64,000 nt of DNA from Planctomycetota bacterium (GTDB taxonomy: Bacteria > Planctomycetota > UBA8108 > SXIK01): the NCBI GenBank assembly GCA_965223265.1, contig OZ244999.1, forward strand, positions 6,400,001 through 6,464,000, written 5' to 3'. The position numbers were made by a program, and so were the translations under genes. Within the stretch, counting starts at the first letter, position 1. Every line of letters begins with the position of its first letter. Under the pieces are notes generated by a model. That model saw only the letters and a list, made by a program, of their open reading frames with translations. It was not told the origin of the DNA and did not search any database. This document shows positions 1 through 9,801 of the stretch, piece after piece.

Positions 1-178
1 CGGACGGTGTACGACAAATTTTCGCACGGAATCTTGCGCCGCCATGCGGCCGAGCACTGCAACTCCCACAGGCGTAAGGAGATACAAAAACAACCGAAGC
101 GCCAGATGCCGGCAACCATCGAAGGCTCAAACACAAACAGAACCCAAAACTCTTTGCCGAATCAGGTTGCGTTACCCA

Positions 179-207
179 AATATACGATGCGGCCGGAAAT
201 GTGTCAA
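179..207 (-). promoter_or_regulatory. sigma70-type promoter pointing out of the left window edge
   Basis: Minus strand reads TTGACA-17 nt-TATATT (ttgaca catttccggccgcatcg tatatt) in an intergenic stretch downstream of ruvA. Confidence 0.55.
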
Positions 208-394
208 CGCGCAGTGTGCGAAAGCCCAATCATCCCACCAACTTACGACCATGACCATTTTCGGAACCGCGTCACCCAAAACAAACCCGAACGTCCACTC
301 TGGCGGCAGCGCGGCAGACCTCGGACCCTGTCCCGAAGTGACGATGGGTCGTTCGACCGGACGACACCATAGCGGAACGATACGTCACGGGCCG

Positions 395-1021
395 CTACGG
401 CCGGACGCACCACTTGATCACGTCTTCAAGAGTGGGGTCGGTCAGCTCAACGAGCGCCTCCTCAACTCTTTCTTCGGCAGCGCCGCGCGCAAAACCGAGC
501 TCGACAAGAACACGCTCCGCCTCCTGACGCTTCGCCGCCCCCAGCGACACACCGTCTCGGCTCGGCTCTATGACGCGCACTGAGGTTGAGGTGCTCGGTC
601 TGTCGCCGTCCCAGGCCGCGGTCATCGCCGCGGCGCGATCTTTGAGATCCACAACCATGCGCTCTGCAACGCGTCGACCGACGCCCTTGACGCGCTGAAG
701 GGTTTTCACCTCACCCGCCGCCAACGCGGCCACTATCTCTCGCGGCGAAATCGATAGGCAGGCGAGAGCAATCGCCGGCCCCACACCATTGACGCCGAGG
801 ACCAAGCGAAAAATCCGCCGCTCTTCCTGCGACGCAAAGCCGTAAAGCCTCAGCTCGTCCTCGCGTACGTGGAGATGCGTGAACAAGAGCGCTGAGCGCG
901 ACCCACGAAGCGAGGCGAACGTCGACTGCGGAATCGCAAGCTCGTAGCCGACGCCGGCAACGTCGACGACGGCGCTCACGGGCGTCAGTTCGACCAATTC
1001 TCCTCGCAAACGGTCGTACAC
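395..1021 (-). CDS. ruvA: Holliday junction branch migration protein RuvA
   Basis: GVGYEL, LFTHLHVREDELRLYGF, HhH motifs VNGVGP and VKGVGRRVAERMVVDLK, C-terminal LVELGF domain III. Confidence 0.96.
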   Translation of the reverse strand: MYDRLRGELVELTPVSAVVDVAGVGYELAIPQSTFASLRGSRSALLFTHLHVREDELRLYGFASQEERRIFRLVLGVNGVGPAIALACLSISPREIVAALAAGEVKTLQRVKGVGRRVAERMVVDLKDRAAAMTAAWDGDRPSTSTSVRVIEPSRDGVSLGAAKRQEAERVLVELGFARGAAEERVEEALVELTDPTLEDVIKWCVRP

Positions 1022-1092
1022 GTCTGTTATCCCGTCGACGGCGTAAGGAAAGCAGCAGACTCAGTCCCCAACTTTACCAAGAATCAAGCGGG

Positions 1093-2472
1093 TCACGAGC
1101 GCAACGACAGACCGAGCTCACCGAGCTTCAGCTTAATCTCGTTCAAGGACGTCATGCCGAAGTTTTTGGCCGACATGAGGTCCACCTCCGTCTTATTGAT
1201 GAGATCGCGCACCGAGCGCACGCCAAGACGCTCCATACACCGCCTGCTCCGCACCGAAAGCTCGAGGTCCTCGATCGGCTTGTCGAGCACATCAGGATCG
1301 GCTGTCGCCTCGAGCGGGTTGCGACCATGCTGCGGCTCGCTGCCGCCATCTTCGAGTCCCTGCCCGAGATGCAGCCCCTTCTGCTGCAGCATGTTTTTGA
1401 TCTCTTCGAGCGACGTCTCGCCAAAGTTTTTGTACGCCAGGAGCTCCTGCTCCGATTTCATGATCAGGTCACCCAGCGTCCGGATGTTCATCTTCTGGAG
1501 GCAGTTGCGGCTGCGCACAGAGAGCTCAAAATCGGTCACCGGGATCTTGAGCACCTGCGACTGGCGATCCGCCTTCTTTTCTTGCTCACGGTCGTAGAAC
1601 ATCGTTGTCGATGCCTGCGCGTCGGCAAGGTAAAGCTTAGCGCGACTGTGGTTCGGATAGTAGCGTAGCGCTGTCTCGTAGCACTTGATGGCGTCGTGAT
1701 AGCGCTCACGGTCTTCGTAGAGCAGACCGAGGTTGACGACGGCGTTGAGGTGAATCGGCGCTGACTTCACGCAGCACTCGTAGGCGAGGACGGCTTCATC
1801 GTTGGCCTCGTCGGCGTCGGAACCGTGAATGTCGAGCAGGTAGCCAAGGCGAAAGTAGGCTTCACTGCAGTCGTCATCTTTAGCCACCGCGCTACGGTAT
1901 GCTTCGATGGCTTCGGGGTAATCCCCGGCCAGTTCAAAGCACAATCCCCTCGAGAGTTCACAAGCAGCGCTTTCACCGTCGGCGGCCTCGACCTCCTTGA
2001 GAACTGCCTGGGCGGCGTCGAGATCGCGACGCTTGTGGTGAATCTCAACCAACAAATGCTTCATTGGCAGGAAGTCGCTCGACTTCTTCGCCACCGCCGT
2101 TGCGACCTGCAGCGCGTCGTCCGCGAGTCCCCGCCACAGAAGCGATCGTGCTAGGTGATAAGCGCCCCACGGGTCGGACTTTTGTTCACTCAGCACCTTC
2201 TCCCCCGCCTCGGCGTCGCCAGCAACCAAGGCGCAGAAACCCTGCAAAACCGACGACTTGCCCTTGGCCGACACCGCGCTCTCGACGCGCGACCAATCTC
2301 CGAGGAGGTCACGCAGTTCACCTACGGCTGACTCCTGCGAATAAGCTGCCGCGGCGACGCGATCGAATCCAGCCTTCGAAAACTCGCCGGCACCGACGTC
2401 CGCGAGCACGGTCATGAGGTCCTGCGGTTCGCTCCCCGCACTCTCGTCAACAACTGTTGTTTCGTCTGACAA
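1093..2472 (-). CDS. TPR-repeat protein with two C-terminal RNA polymerase alpha-CTD domains
   Basis: Several TPRs (AIEAYRSAV, AYFRLG, AVVNLGLLY, AIKCYETAL), then twice the alpha-CTD motif (ELSVRSRNCL..NFGETSLEEIK; ELSVRSRRCM..NFGMTSLNEIK). Start placed at TTG 2472 behind GGAGG; no alpha-NTD. Confidence 0.9.
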   Translation of the reverse strand: MSDETTVVDESAGSEPQDLMTVLADVGAGEFSKAGFDRVAAAAYSQESAVGELRDLLGDWSRVESAVSAKGKSSVLQGFCALVAGDAEAGEKVLSEQKSDPWGAYHLARSLLWRGLADDALQVATAVAKKSSDFLPMKHLLVEIHHKRRDLDAAQAVLKEVEAADGESAACELSRGLCFELAGDYPEAIEAYRSAVAKDDDCSEAYFRLGYLLDIHGSDADEANDEAVLAYECCVKSAPIHLNAVVNLGLLYEDRERYHDAIKCYETALRYYPNHSRAKLYLADAQASTTMFYDREQEKKADRQSQVLKIPVTDFELSVRSRNCLQKMNIRTLGDLIMKSEQELLAYKNFGETSLEEIKNMLQQKGLHLGQGLEDGGSEPQHGRNPLEATADPDVLDKPIEDLELSVRSRRCMERLGVRSVRDLINKTEVDLMSAKNFGMTSLNEIKLKLGELGLSLRS

Positions 2473-2625
2473 GGAATCGCCTCCCGTAACCAAGAGAGTT
2501 TTCTGAAGAACTCGCATGCATAAACCATGAGCCTGCCCACGCGCGAGAGAACCTAACATAAGACCGCTGTCGACTCAATTTGTCAAGCTTGCCGGCGCGC
2601 GGCAGCGGCGCGTAGAGACGTGTAC

Positions 2626-3048
2626 TCAGGCGTCGCTGCCGGCTCGAAACCGCAGGCCCTCGGGGTCGCCAGCGAGCCCGAGGGCTTGCGCTACGGTCTG
2701 CTGGCGGTCGTGCGAGATCGAGATCAGAATCTCTCCCAGCCCCAAAGCCGCCGCACGTTTCCAGGCGACGCCCTGGAGGCGGACGCGCGGCGCGCCGGAA
2801 GGTAGCCGTACGACGACAACGTCCCGCCACGTGATGCCACCGCTGAGCCCGGTGCCTAGCACCTTCAAAACAGCCTCCTTGGCGGCAAAACGACCGGCGA
2901 CAAACGACGTCGGGTCGCGCAGCGCAGCAAGACGATCGAGCTCCGGCTCAGCTAGGATGCGGGTGGTAAAACGCTCGCCATGGCGTGCGAGCGTACGCCG
3001 GATTCGGTCCAATTCGAGAAGGTCGACTCCTATCGCAATCGGTTGCAT
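2626..3048 (-). CDS. acpS: holo-[acyl-carrier-protein] synthase
   Basis: IGVDL, AGRFAAKEAVLKVLGTG, ISISHD motifs; 140 aa. Confidence 0.95.
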   Translation of the reverse strand: MQPIAIGVDLLELDRIRRTLARHGERFTTRILAEPELDRLAALRDPTSFVAGRFAAKEAVLKVLGTGLSGGITWRDVVVVRLPSGAPRVRLQGVAWKRAAALGLGEILISISHDRQQTVAQALGLAGDPEGLRFRAGSDA

Positions 3049-3162
3049 GGAAGCATTTTAGAACATCTCCGCGGCGCTGTGCAAGGTGAGGTGCCTGGAC
3101 CGCAGCGAGGCAACCCGTGGGGCCTTTGACTTCGTTTTTTTCGTCCACTATGGTGGGCGTCG

Positions 3163-5493
3163 ATGGCCAACCACCACGTTCCGAAAAAGATCCTCACCCA
3201 CCTCAACCCCGAGCAGCGGCAGGTCGTCCTTCACCAGGCGGGTCCCCTCATGGTGCTGGCGGGGGCCGGCAGCGGAAAGACGCGATCAATCACCCACCGC
3301 ATCGCGCATCTTTACGCCTCCGGACTGCAACCGGAGGAGGTGTTGGCGATCACCTTCACCAACAAGGCGGCTGGAGAGATGCGCGCGCGGACCTCCGCGC
3401 TCGCCGGCGTCGAGAGTCGCTGGATTTCGACGTTCCACAGCTTCGGCGCCCGACTCCTGCGCCGACATATCAGCGCGCTCCAGCCCTACGATGCGCGCTT
3501 CAGCATCTACGATGCGGATGACTGCAAACGCATGATCAAAGAGATCATGAAACGCCAAAATGTCGACACGAGTGTCATCTCGCCCGCCGAGCTCATGAGC
3601 GCGATCAGCCGCATGAAAAACGCCGGCACGGACGCGGACGCCGGGGCGGCGTGGTACCGCGAACGCGTCGTCTCGGAGGTGTACGCACTCTACGGAGCCG
3701 AGCTGAAGAAGCGCAACGCCGTGGACTTCGACGACCTCCTTCTTCTCGTCGTTCGGCTTTTCGAGCAAGAGCCGGATCTGCTGGCGCGGTACCAGGACCA
3801 GTTTCGCCACGTTCTCATCGACGAGTATCAAGACACCAACGGGGTTCAGTATCGGCTCACTCAATTGTTGGCGGCTCGGCATCGTAATGTCTGCGTCACA
3901 GGCGACCCTGACCAGTCGATCTATGCCTGGCGTGGTGCCGACATCGGCAACATCCTCAACTTCGAACGTGACTATCCCGATGCCATCGTGATCAAACTCG
4001 AGCAAAACTACCGCTCGACACGCAGCATACTGGCAGCGGCCAACTCCCTCATCGATCACAACGTCGATCGCAAACCTAAACGCCTCTGGTGCGAGCAGGG
4101 CGCCGGCGACCCGGTGCGCGTCTATCGCTTCGCTGACGAGAAGGAGGAAGGCTTAGAGATTGCGGCCTTGATCGACAAAGAACATGCGGCGGGCAGACCT
4201 TTCTCGGATTTCGCGGTGATCTATCGCATCAACTCGCTCTCCCGCGCAGTCGAGCAGGCATTCGTTCACCGCGGCGTGCCGTACAGCATCGTTGGAGCCG
4301 TGGAGTTTTACCAGCGCCGCGAAATCAAGGATGCACTGGCGTACCTACAAATCCTCGCCAACCCTCGAGACGACGAGAGTCTGCTCAGAGTCATTAACGT
4401 ACCGCCGCGCAGTCTCGGTCGAGTGAGCGTCGAGAAGCTACAGCTTGCAGCAAGCGAACGACAAACTACATTGGCGGAACTCATCCTCAGCGCCGACGAT
4501 TTCAGCTGGCTCAGCAAACGGGCGCGCGCAAGCATCCAGGAGTTCGCATCACTGCTGCGCTCTCTCCAAGATCTCGCGTCCGGGTCGATCCGAGATCTGA
4601 TCAACTTCCTCCTTCAAGCCACCGACTACGCACAGTACGTCCAGAAAGCCATGCCCGACGAAGCGGCCGAGCGCTTGGAGAACCTCAGCCAACTCGCGAA
4701 CGCCGGTGCGGAGTACGAGTCAGGACATGACGACGCGACTCTTATCGGGTTCCTGGAGCAGACGCGCCTGGTCAACAGTGTCGATCGTTGGGACCGTAGC
4801 GCGGATCGGGTCTGCCTCATGTCTCTTCACGCCGCCAAGGGGCTGGAGTTTCCCGTCGTCATTCTGCTCGGCGTCGAGGAGGGGATTCTGCCGCTGACAC
4901 GACAAGGCGACGACGGCAGCGCTGATATCGAAGAAGAGCGGCGACTCGCGTATGTCGGAATCACGCGAGCGGAGCAAGCTCTCTATCTAACTCACACCGC
5001 GTCGCGCATGCGCTTCGGCACAACAGCGCCTAGCTTTCCCTCTCGGTTCATCAGCGAGATCAAGAAGCAACCGAACGACCCAGTTGGAGCGACCGCAGCA
5101 GACGCCGCCGAACTCTCCGCCGACGCGCCGGCGGAGCACATCGAGCTCGACGAGGGGACCGAACGGTCGCTACTGAAACGGCAGCGCTTCGACGACCTCT
5201 TCGATGCACCCGACGATGACGAAACGACCAGATCGCAGCGGCGCAGCGCCTCCCCTTGGCAGCTCGACGATGTCGGCGTTGACGCCTCTCCCGACGAGTA
5301 CGAGACCGACTCGGACGATTGGGATGAAGAGCCGTTCGCTGTCGGTACGCGCGTCTACCACGATGACTATGGCGAAGGGACAGTCACTCGGGAAAGCCGG
5401 ATCGGGCGACGGCTCTCGTTAACCGTTGAGTTCGACGACGCCGGTAAGAAACAGATCGTGCCGAGCCACGCTCTGCTGCGGCGTATTCGTTGA
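3163..5493 (+). CDS. pcrA: UvrD/PcrA ATP-dependent DNA helicase
   Basis: AGAGSGKT, TFTNKAA, DEYQD, GDPDQSIYAWRGA, HAAKGLEF, EERRLAYVGITRA; acidic linker and C-terminal Tudor-like domain (RVYHDDYGEG). Confidence 0.93.
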   Translation: MANHHVPKKILTHLNPEQRQVVLHQAGPLMVLAGAGSGKTRSITHRIAHLYASGLQPEEVLAITFTNKAAGEMRARTSALAGVESRWISTFHSFGARLLRRHISALQPYDARFSIYDADDCKRMIKEIMKRQNVDTSVISPAELMSAISRMKNAGTDADAGAAWYRERVVSEVYALYGAELKKRNAVDFDDLLLLVVRLFEQEPDLLARYQDQFRHVLIDEYQDTNGVQYRLTQLLAARHRNVCVTGDPDQSIYAWRGADIGNILNFERDYPDAIVIKLEQNYRSTRSILAAANSLIDHNVDRKPKRLWCEQGAGDPVRVYRFADEKEEGLEIAALIDKEHAAGRPFSDFAVIYRINSLSRAVEQAFVHRGVPYSIVGAVEFYQRREIKDALAYLQILANPRDDESLLRVINVPPRSLGRVSVEKLQLAASERQTTLAELILSADDFSWLSKRARASIQEFASLLRSLQDLASGSIRDLINFLLQATDYAQYVQKAMPDEAAERLENLSQLANAGAEYESGHDDATLIGFLEQTRLVNSVDRWDRSADRVCLMSLHAAKGLEFPVVILLGVEEGILPLTRQGDDGSADIEEERRLAYVGITRAEQALYLTHTASRMRFGTTAPSFPSRFISEIKKQPNDPVGATAADAAELSADAPAEHIELDEGTERSLLKRQRFDDLFDAPDDDETTRSQRRSASPWQLDDVGVDASPDEYETDSDDWDEEPFAVGTRVYHDDYGEGTVTRESRIGRRLSLTVEFDDAGKKQIVPSHALLRRIR

Positions 5494-5588
5494 CGTCACG
5501 TACCCGCCGGAGTGTGGTTGCGCCCTGGCGGGCTCGTTACAATGGGACATGAAGCCCCGCGTGACCAACCCTGGGGCCGCAAAAGTTC

Positions 5589-7709
5589 ATGAAGCTCTCC
5601 ACGAACGACCCCCTACCCCTGGCGCGGCAGCGACAACTGACACGCTTTCGCGCGCTGACCCACCTCCTGGTGTGGATGTTCACCGTCGGGGCCCTGCCTA
5701 CGGCGCTGGCCCACGTCCCGGCCTACGGCATTGGTACGCTGTCCAATGTCGTCTTTGGTTCCGATCGCGTGCGCTTGACGTTCGATTTGAGCTACGACAA
5801 CACGTGGGCGCAGGCGGAGATGATCGCCATGGACGAGAACCGCGATAGCACCGTCGACGACGACGAAGCCGACATCTACCTCGAGGAACGTTGGAAAAAC
5901 AAAATCCTGCCCCACATCGGCGCCCGCATCGATGGGCGCGACGTGGAAATCCAGCTCGTCGATTCTGCGCACGAGAACCTCGTCGGTGAGATTATGGGGA
6001 TCACATTCAGTCTCTACTACGAGCTCGAGATCCCCTATCCAAAAGGTGAAGTCGAACTTGGCGAGTGGCACGTTTTCGAGTTCCGCGACACAGTAACGAA
6101 GGAGGACTCGGAAGCTAAGCCGCAGTACCTCGTCCCCTACGGCGCAGAAGAGATCCAATCCAAAGACAGGCGATTGAAGCTTCGATTTCCCGAGCCGCAG
6201 GTACCGGCCATGGGAGAGAACCTATACCACCTGCAATCCGAGACGCTGATCGCGGAGTTTCGATTCGACCTCGCCACGTCGCCGGCGGCCGCCGTGGGCG
6301 CAAACGAGCCAGCCGTCGCGACGAAGCCGCCGCCGGGAGAGAACGACGCAGGAGCGACAGATGGTGCGGATCGACCGCGATCCGTGGGGATCAACGACAC
6401 GGCGGAGTCGCGTCGACTCGAGGAGGCCATTCTTCGCGATGACCTGACGCTGGTCGCGAAGCTTCTTCTCGTCCTCCTCGCGATCACGTGGGGTGCCGGG
6501 CATGCACTGACGCCGGGACATGGTAAGTCCATGGTCGCGGCCTACTTGATCGGAACGCGAGGCCGCATCCGCGACGCGGTCATTCTCGGCACCGTGACCA
6601 CGTTGACGCACACCGGCAGCGTGTTTCTCTTTGGCGGGATCATCTACCTTTTGCTGCACTTCACAACGGAGTCCTCAGGGCGCTATCAGAACTGGGTGAT
6701 CGTCGGTACGCAGCTCTTTTCCGGTCTTCTGCTGGCGCTGTTCGGCTTCTTTCTCTTCTCGCGGCGCGTGCGCGGTGTCGAGCCATTCCACAGTCACGAT
6801 CACGGGCACGGCCATAGCCACACGCATGGCCATGGGCACTCTCACGGCCATGGGCATTCTCACCGGCATGAGCATTCCGAACAGCAGCGTCATGAGCATT
6901 CCCATGGGCACACCGAGCGCGATCACGATCGGCGCCACAGCCACTCCCACGGGCATGCGCATAGCCACGAACATGAACACGGACACGGACACGGGCACGG
7001 CCACGGGCACTCCGGCGACCACGATCGGGATCAGGGGCACAGCCACTCTCACCCCCACGGGCATAGTCACGAACACGGGCACACCCACGGTGGCCATCCC
7101 AACGCAGCGGATTCAGGCTCCTCGCACGCTCACGAGGATCAACTCAGCGACGCCGCGGTCAACCCAGGCGACGGATCTGAACATCTCGAGCATCGGAGCC
7201 ACTCTCATTCCGATCCAGCGGCGAGTGCAAACCCGGAGCCGCGGCGAGGACTCCTGCGCGGCGGAGCACCGCGCCTCTGGGACCTTATCGCCCTCGGCTT
7301 CTCCGGCGGACTGGTACCGTGTCCCGCCGGGCTTACGGTGATCATCATCGGACTACAGTACCAACACAAACTGGCCTTCGCACTCTTCCTATTGGTTTTC
7401 TTCAGCATCGGATTGGGTGCGGTGTTGATCGCCATCGGTGTCGTCCTGATCACCGGTAAGGCTCTCGTCAGCGCCCGCTCGACGGGTGATGGGTTCTTTC
7501 AGGAATTGAAACCTCTACGCGTCGTATTCCCTCGCTCCCTTCTCGCCGCCCTCGATGCCGCGGCAGGCAAGGCGCTCAAGGTGATGCCGGCCGCGTCTGC
7601 GCTCTTCATCACGGGACTGGGTGTTTTCTTTGTGGTCCGGACCGTGCGAGTCGGCTCGTTCGAGTTGCGCGGCATGTGGACAGCCCTCAGTGAGTGGTGG
7701 AGCGCCTAG
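5589..7709 (+). CDS. Ni/Co transporter (RcnA/NiCoT-like) with exported N-terminal domain and very long His-rich loop
   Basis: GAGHALTPGHGK and GLVPCP motifs, TLTHT, about 6 TM helices, His-rich loop; signal peptide ending ALA-H; EF-hand-like DENRDSTVDDDE. Confidence 0.85.
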   Translation: MKLSTNDPLPLARQRQLTRFRALTHLLVWMFTVGALPTALAHVPAYGIGTLSNVVFGSDRVRLTFDLSYDNTWAQAEMIAMDENRDSTVDDDEADIYLEERWKNKILPHIGARIDGRDVEIQLVDSAHENLVGEIMGITFSLYYELEIPYPKGEVELGEWHVFEFRDTVTKEDSEAKPQYLVPYGAEEIQSKDRRLKLRFPEPQVPAMGENLYHLQSETLIAEFRFDLATSPAAAVGANEPAVATKPPPGENDAGATDGADRPRSVGINDTAESRRLEEAILRDDLTLVAKLLLVLLAITWGAGHALTPGHGKSMVAAYLIGTRGRIRDAVILGTVTTLTHTGSVFLFGGIIYLLLHFTTESSGRYQNWVIVGTQLFSGLLLALFGFFLFSRRVRGVEPFHSHDHGHGHSHTHGHGHSHGHGHSHRHEHSEQQRHEHSHGHTERDHDRRHSHSHGHAHSHEHEHGHGHGHGHGHSGDHDRDQGHSHSHPHGHSHEHGHTHGGHPNAADSGSSHAHEDQLSDAAVNPGDGSEHLEHRSHSHSDPAASANPEPRRGLLRGGAPRLWDLIALGFSGGLVPCPAGLTVIIIGLQYQHKLAFALFLLVFFSIGLGAVLIAIGVVLITGKALVSARSTGDGFFQELKPLRVVFPRSLLAALDAAAGKALKVMPAASALFITGLGVFFVVRTVRVGSFELRGMWTALSEWWSA

Positions 7710-8221
7710 AGACCCTGCTGGCCGAAGGTGGCCATCTCCCGTCCGCCTCGAAAGCAGATCTCGTCCTCTGGCCCCGCTGCCGCAGGGCTGCAGGACGGCG
7801 TTCGTGGCATCGCAACGCTGCGGCACCCTGGCTCGGCGCAAATCCAAACTGACGCTAGCCGCCGGGCCGCGGAGGGGTAGCAATCTGTGGGCCATTCCCG
7901 GAATTTCGATAAAGATCCCCGTCATCTCGAACCGATAGTCTGGGTATCAACGTCCGGGAATCCGAGCGAAAGACAGCGGTCAGCAACTCGCTCCTGGATA
8001 CGACGCCGCAAGTTCTGGAGAACGCTCCGGGCGCCGGCAGCCGCGGTACGGTTCGTTGGCTCGGAAGAGCTCGCCCAGAGCCGAAAAAGACTTCGGCACG
8101 AAGACCAATCCAGTGCCTCACGGGCCATCTGAGCTGAACCTATTCGGCCCCAAACGGCATTTCACGTTCGAAACAGGTGTCGCCGCCGTTGGACGGGAAG
8201 AGCGGACCTCAGGGAGTCAGT

Positions 8222-8425
8222 ATGGAATCGGTGGAAAAATCAACAGACACGTTGTTCGTCGTTAAGGAGGAGCAGGAGTACTGCTTTCTCTACGACCGCG
8301 ACGACCCCATCGACCTGTACCGCGCCCTCTTCCGATGCGCGGATGGGGAGGACTCGGGTCTAAGTCGTGAGGAAGTGTTCGAAGTCATAGAAGGAATTGT
8401 TCCAGAACGTTTGCGCTCGATCTAG
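8222..8425 (+). CDS. small acidic hypothetical protein upstream of xerC
   Basis: GGGAG RBS before ATG 8222; 67 aa (VVKEEQEYCFLYD); co-oriented 55 bp before xerC. Confidence 0.7.
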   Translation: MESVEKSTDTLFVVKEEQEYCFLYDRDDPIDLYRALFRCADGEDSGLSREEVFEVIEGIVPERLRSI

Positions 8426-8480
8426 GCGGCAGAGGCCGGTCTGATCAAGGTGCGACGGTTAACTCTTTTGCTGGGAAGTA

Positions 8481-9608
8481 GTGAAGATGGACGAGAAGCT
8501 TGAAGCTACGACACAAGATGGCCGCGTCGATCCTGAGGCGCAGGTCACAGCACAGATCGAAACCGAACAGATCGGGCCGAGTGGGTCTCCGGATCTACCA
8601 GAGCCCGCTGACACGCTAGACGCCGCAGCGGCGGAAGCCCCCCAGGGAAACTCCGGCGTCGACGAGAATGCCGAGAACGCACCGGCACCGACCGACAGCG
8701 AGCCGGCTGGCGACGCCGATCTAGCGACGGTGTTTATCCACTACCTGCGCTATGAGCGAAACATGTCGCCCGAGACGATCCGGGCTTACGAGAAGGACCT
8801 TCACCAGTTCCTCCGGTTCTTCTCGAAGAAGGTAGAAGGTGAACTCAATCCGGCCGAGATCTCGTCGCTACAGATTCGAGAGTACCTCGGCTACCTAAAG
8901 GAAAAGAACTACCAGAAGACGACCGTCGTCCGCAAACTGGCGACGATCCGAAGCTTCTACAAGTGCCTGTTGCGTAAGGGCCACGTCAGCGCGAATCCAC
9001 TCGCCGACATTCCGACACCAAAGGTGGAGAAGAAAGTGCCACACTTCCTCACCACCGAGGAAGTCGAGAAGCTACTGAATTCGCCGGAAGGCAACAGCTT
9101 CCAGGCAGTCCGCGACCGAGCCATTCTCGAGACGCTTTACTCAACCGGACTCCGCGTCAGCGAGCTGACGGCCCTCAACGTCTCAGACATCGATCTGACG
9201 AGTGAAGTGATCAAGGCGCGCGGCAAAGGCAATCGTGATCGGATCGTCCCTCTGGGCAGCTTCGCGCTGCAGGCGATCAAGCGCTACCAAGAGACGCGCG
9301 CACAGGTACCGAACATCAACGAGCAGGACCCCGATGCCCTGTTCCTCAATCGCTTCGGTGATCGACTCTCGTCGCGCAGCATTCGCAAGATCATCGACAA
9401 GTACATCAAGATCACAGGACTTAGCGAAAAAACGTCGCCACACACATTGCGACACAGCTTCGCGACCCATCTCTTGAATCGCGGTGCAAATCTGCGCACG
9501 GTCCAGGAACTCCTTGGTCACAAGCACCTGTCGACGACGCAGATCTACACGCATGTGTCGACGGACAACGTCAAGGAAGCCTACGAAGAGGCTCAACCGC
9601 GACAGTAA
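8481..9608 (+). CDS. xerC: tyrosine recombinase XerC with acidic N-terminal extension
   Basis: SPETIRAY SAM-like domain; catalytic set STGLRVSEL, GKG, HTLRHSFATH, LGHKHLSTTQIYTH. Confidence 0.88.
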   Translation: MKMDEKLEATTQDGRVDPEAQVTAQIETEQIGPSGSPDLPEPADTLDAAAAEAPQGNSGVDENAENAPAPTDSEPAGDADLATVFIHYLRYERNMSPETIRAYEKDLHQFLRFFSKKVEGELNPAEISSLQIREYLGYLKEKNYQKTTVVRKLATIRSFYKCLLRKGHVSANPLADIPTPKVEKKVPHFLTTEEVEKLLNSPEGNSFQAVRDRAILETLYSTGLRVSELTALNVSDIDLTSEVIKARGKGNRDRIVPLGSFALQAIKRYQETRAQVPNINEQDPDALFLNRFGDRLSSRSIRKIIDKYIKITGLSEKTSPHTLRHSFATHLLNRGANLRTVQELLGHKHLSTTQIYTHVSTDNVKEAYEEAQPRQ

Positions 9609-9639
9609 GCAAGACACCCCTCCCCCCCGTCAGGGCGAA

Positions 9640-9686
9640 GGAGCGCCGGACCGGAGCTGAGGCTCTGGGACGGCGCTCTTTTTTTT
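9640..9686 (+). terminator. intrinsic terminator after xerC
   Basis: ggagcgccg...cggcgctct stem followed by a T run. Confidence 0.75.
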
Positions 9687-9801
9687 GCCGCTGCACGGTC
9701 GACCGCACACAGTGACGTTTTTTTCGTGACGCATGACGCGACTCGACCTACATTGGATTTTGCGGCATCGGTCGAAATCGTCTTGGGGAAGGAGGTTAGT
9801 C

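Noticed and set aside
7-583. Plus-strand ORFs 7-372 and 44-583
   Set aside because: No motifs, one overlaps ruvA antisense, and the region holds a good minus-strand promoter
1093-2559. True rpoA
   Set aside because: No alpha N-terminal assembly domain and not in the rpsK-rpsD-rplQ context
8481-9608. Phage or integron integrase with elements A/B as attC cassette sites
   Set aside because: Protein looks like chromosomal XerC without the IntI insertion; the repeats have TSDs and lack RYYYAAC/GTTRRRY cassette organisation
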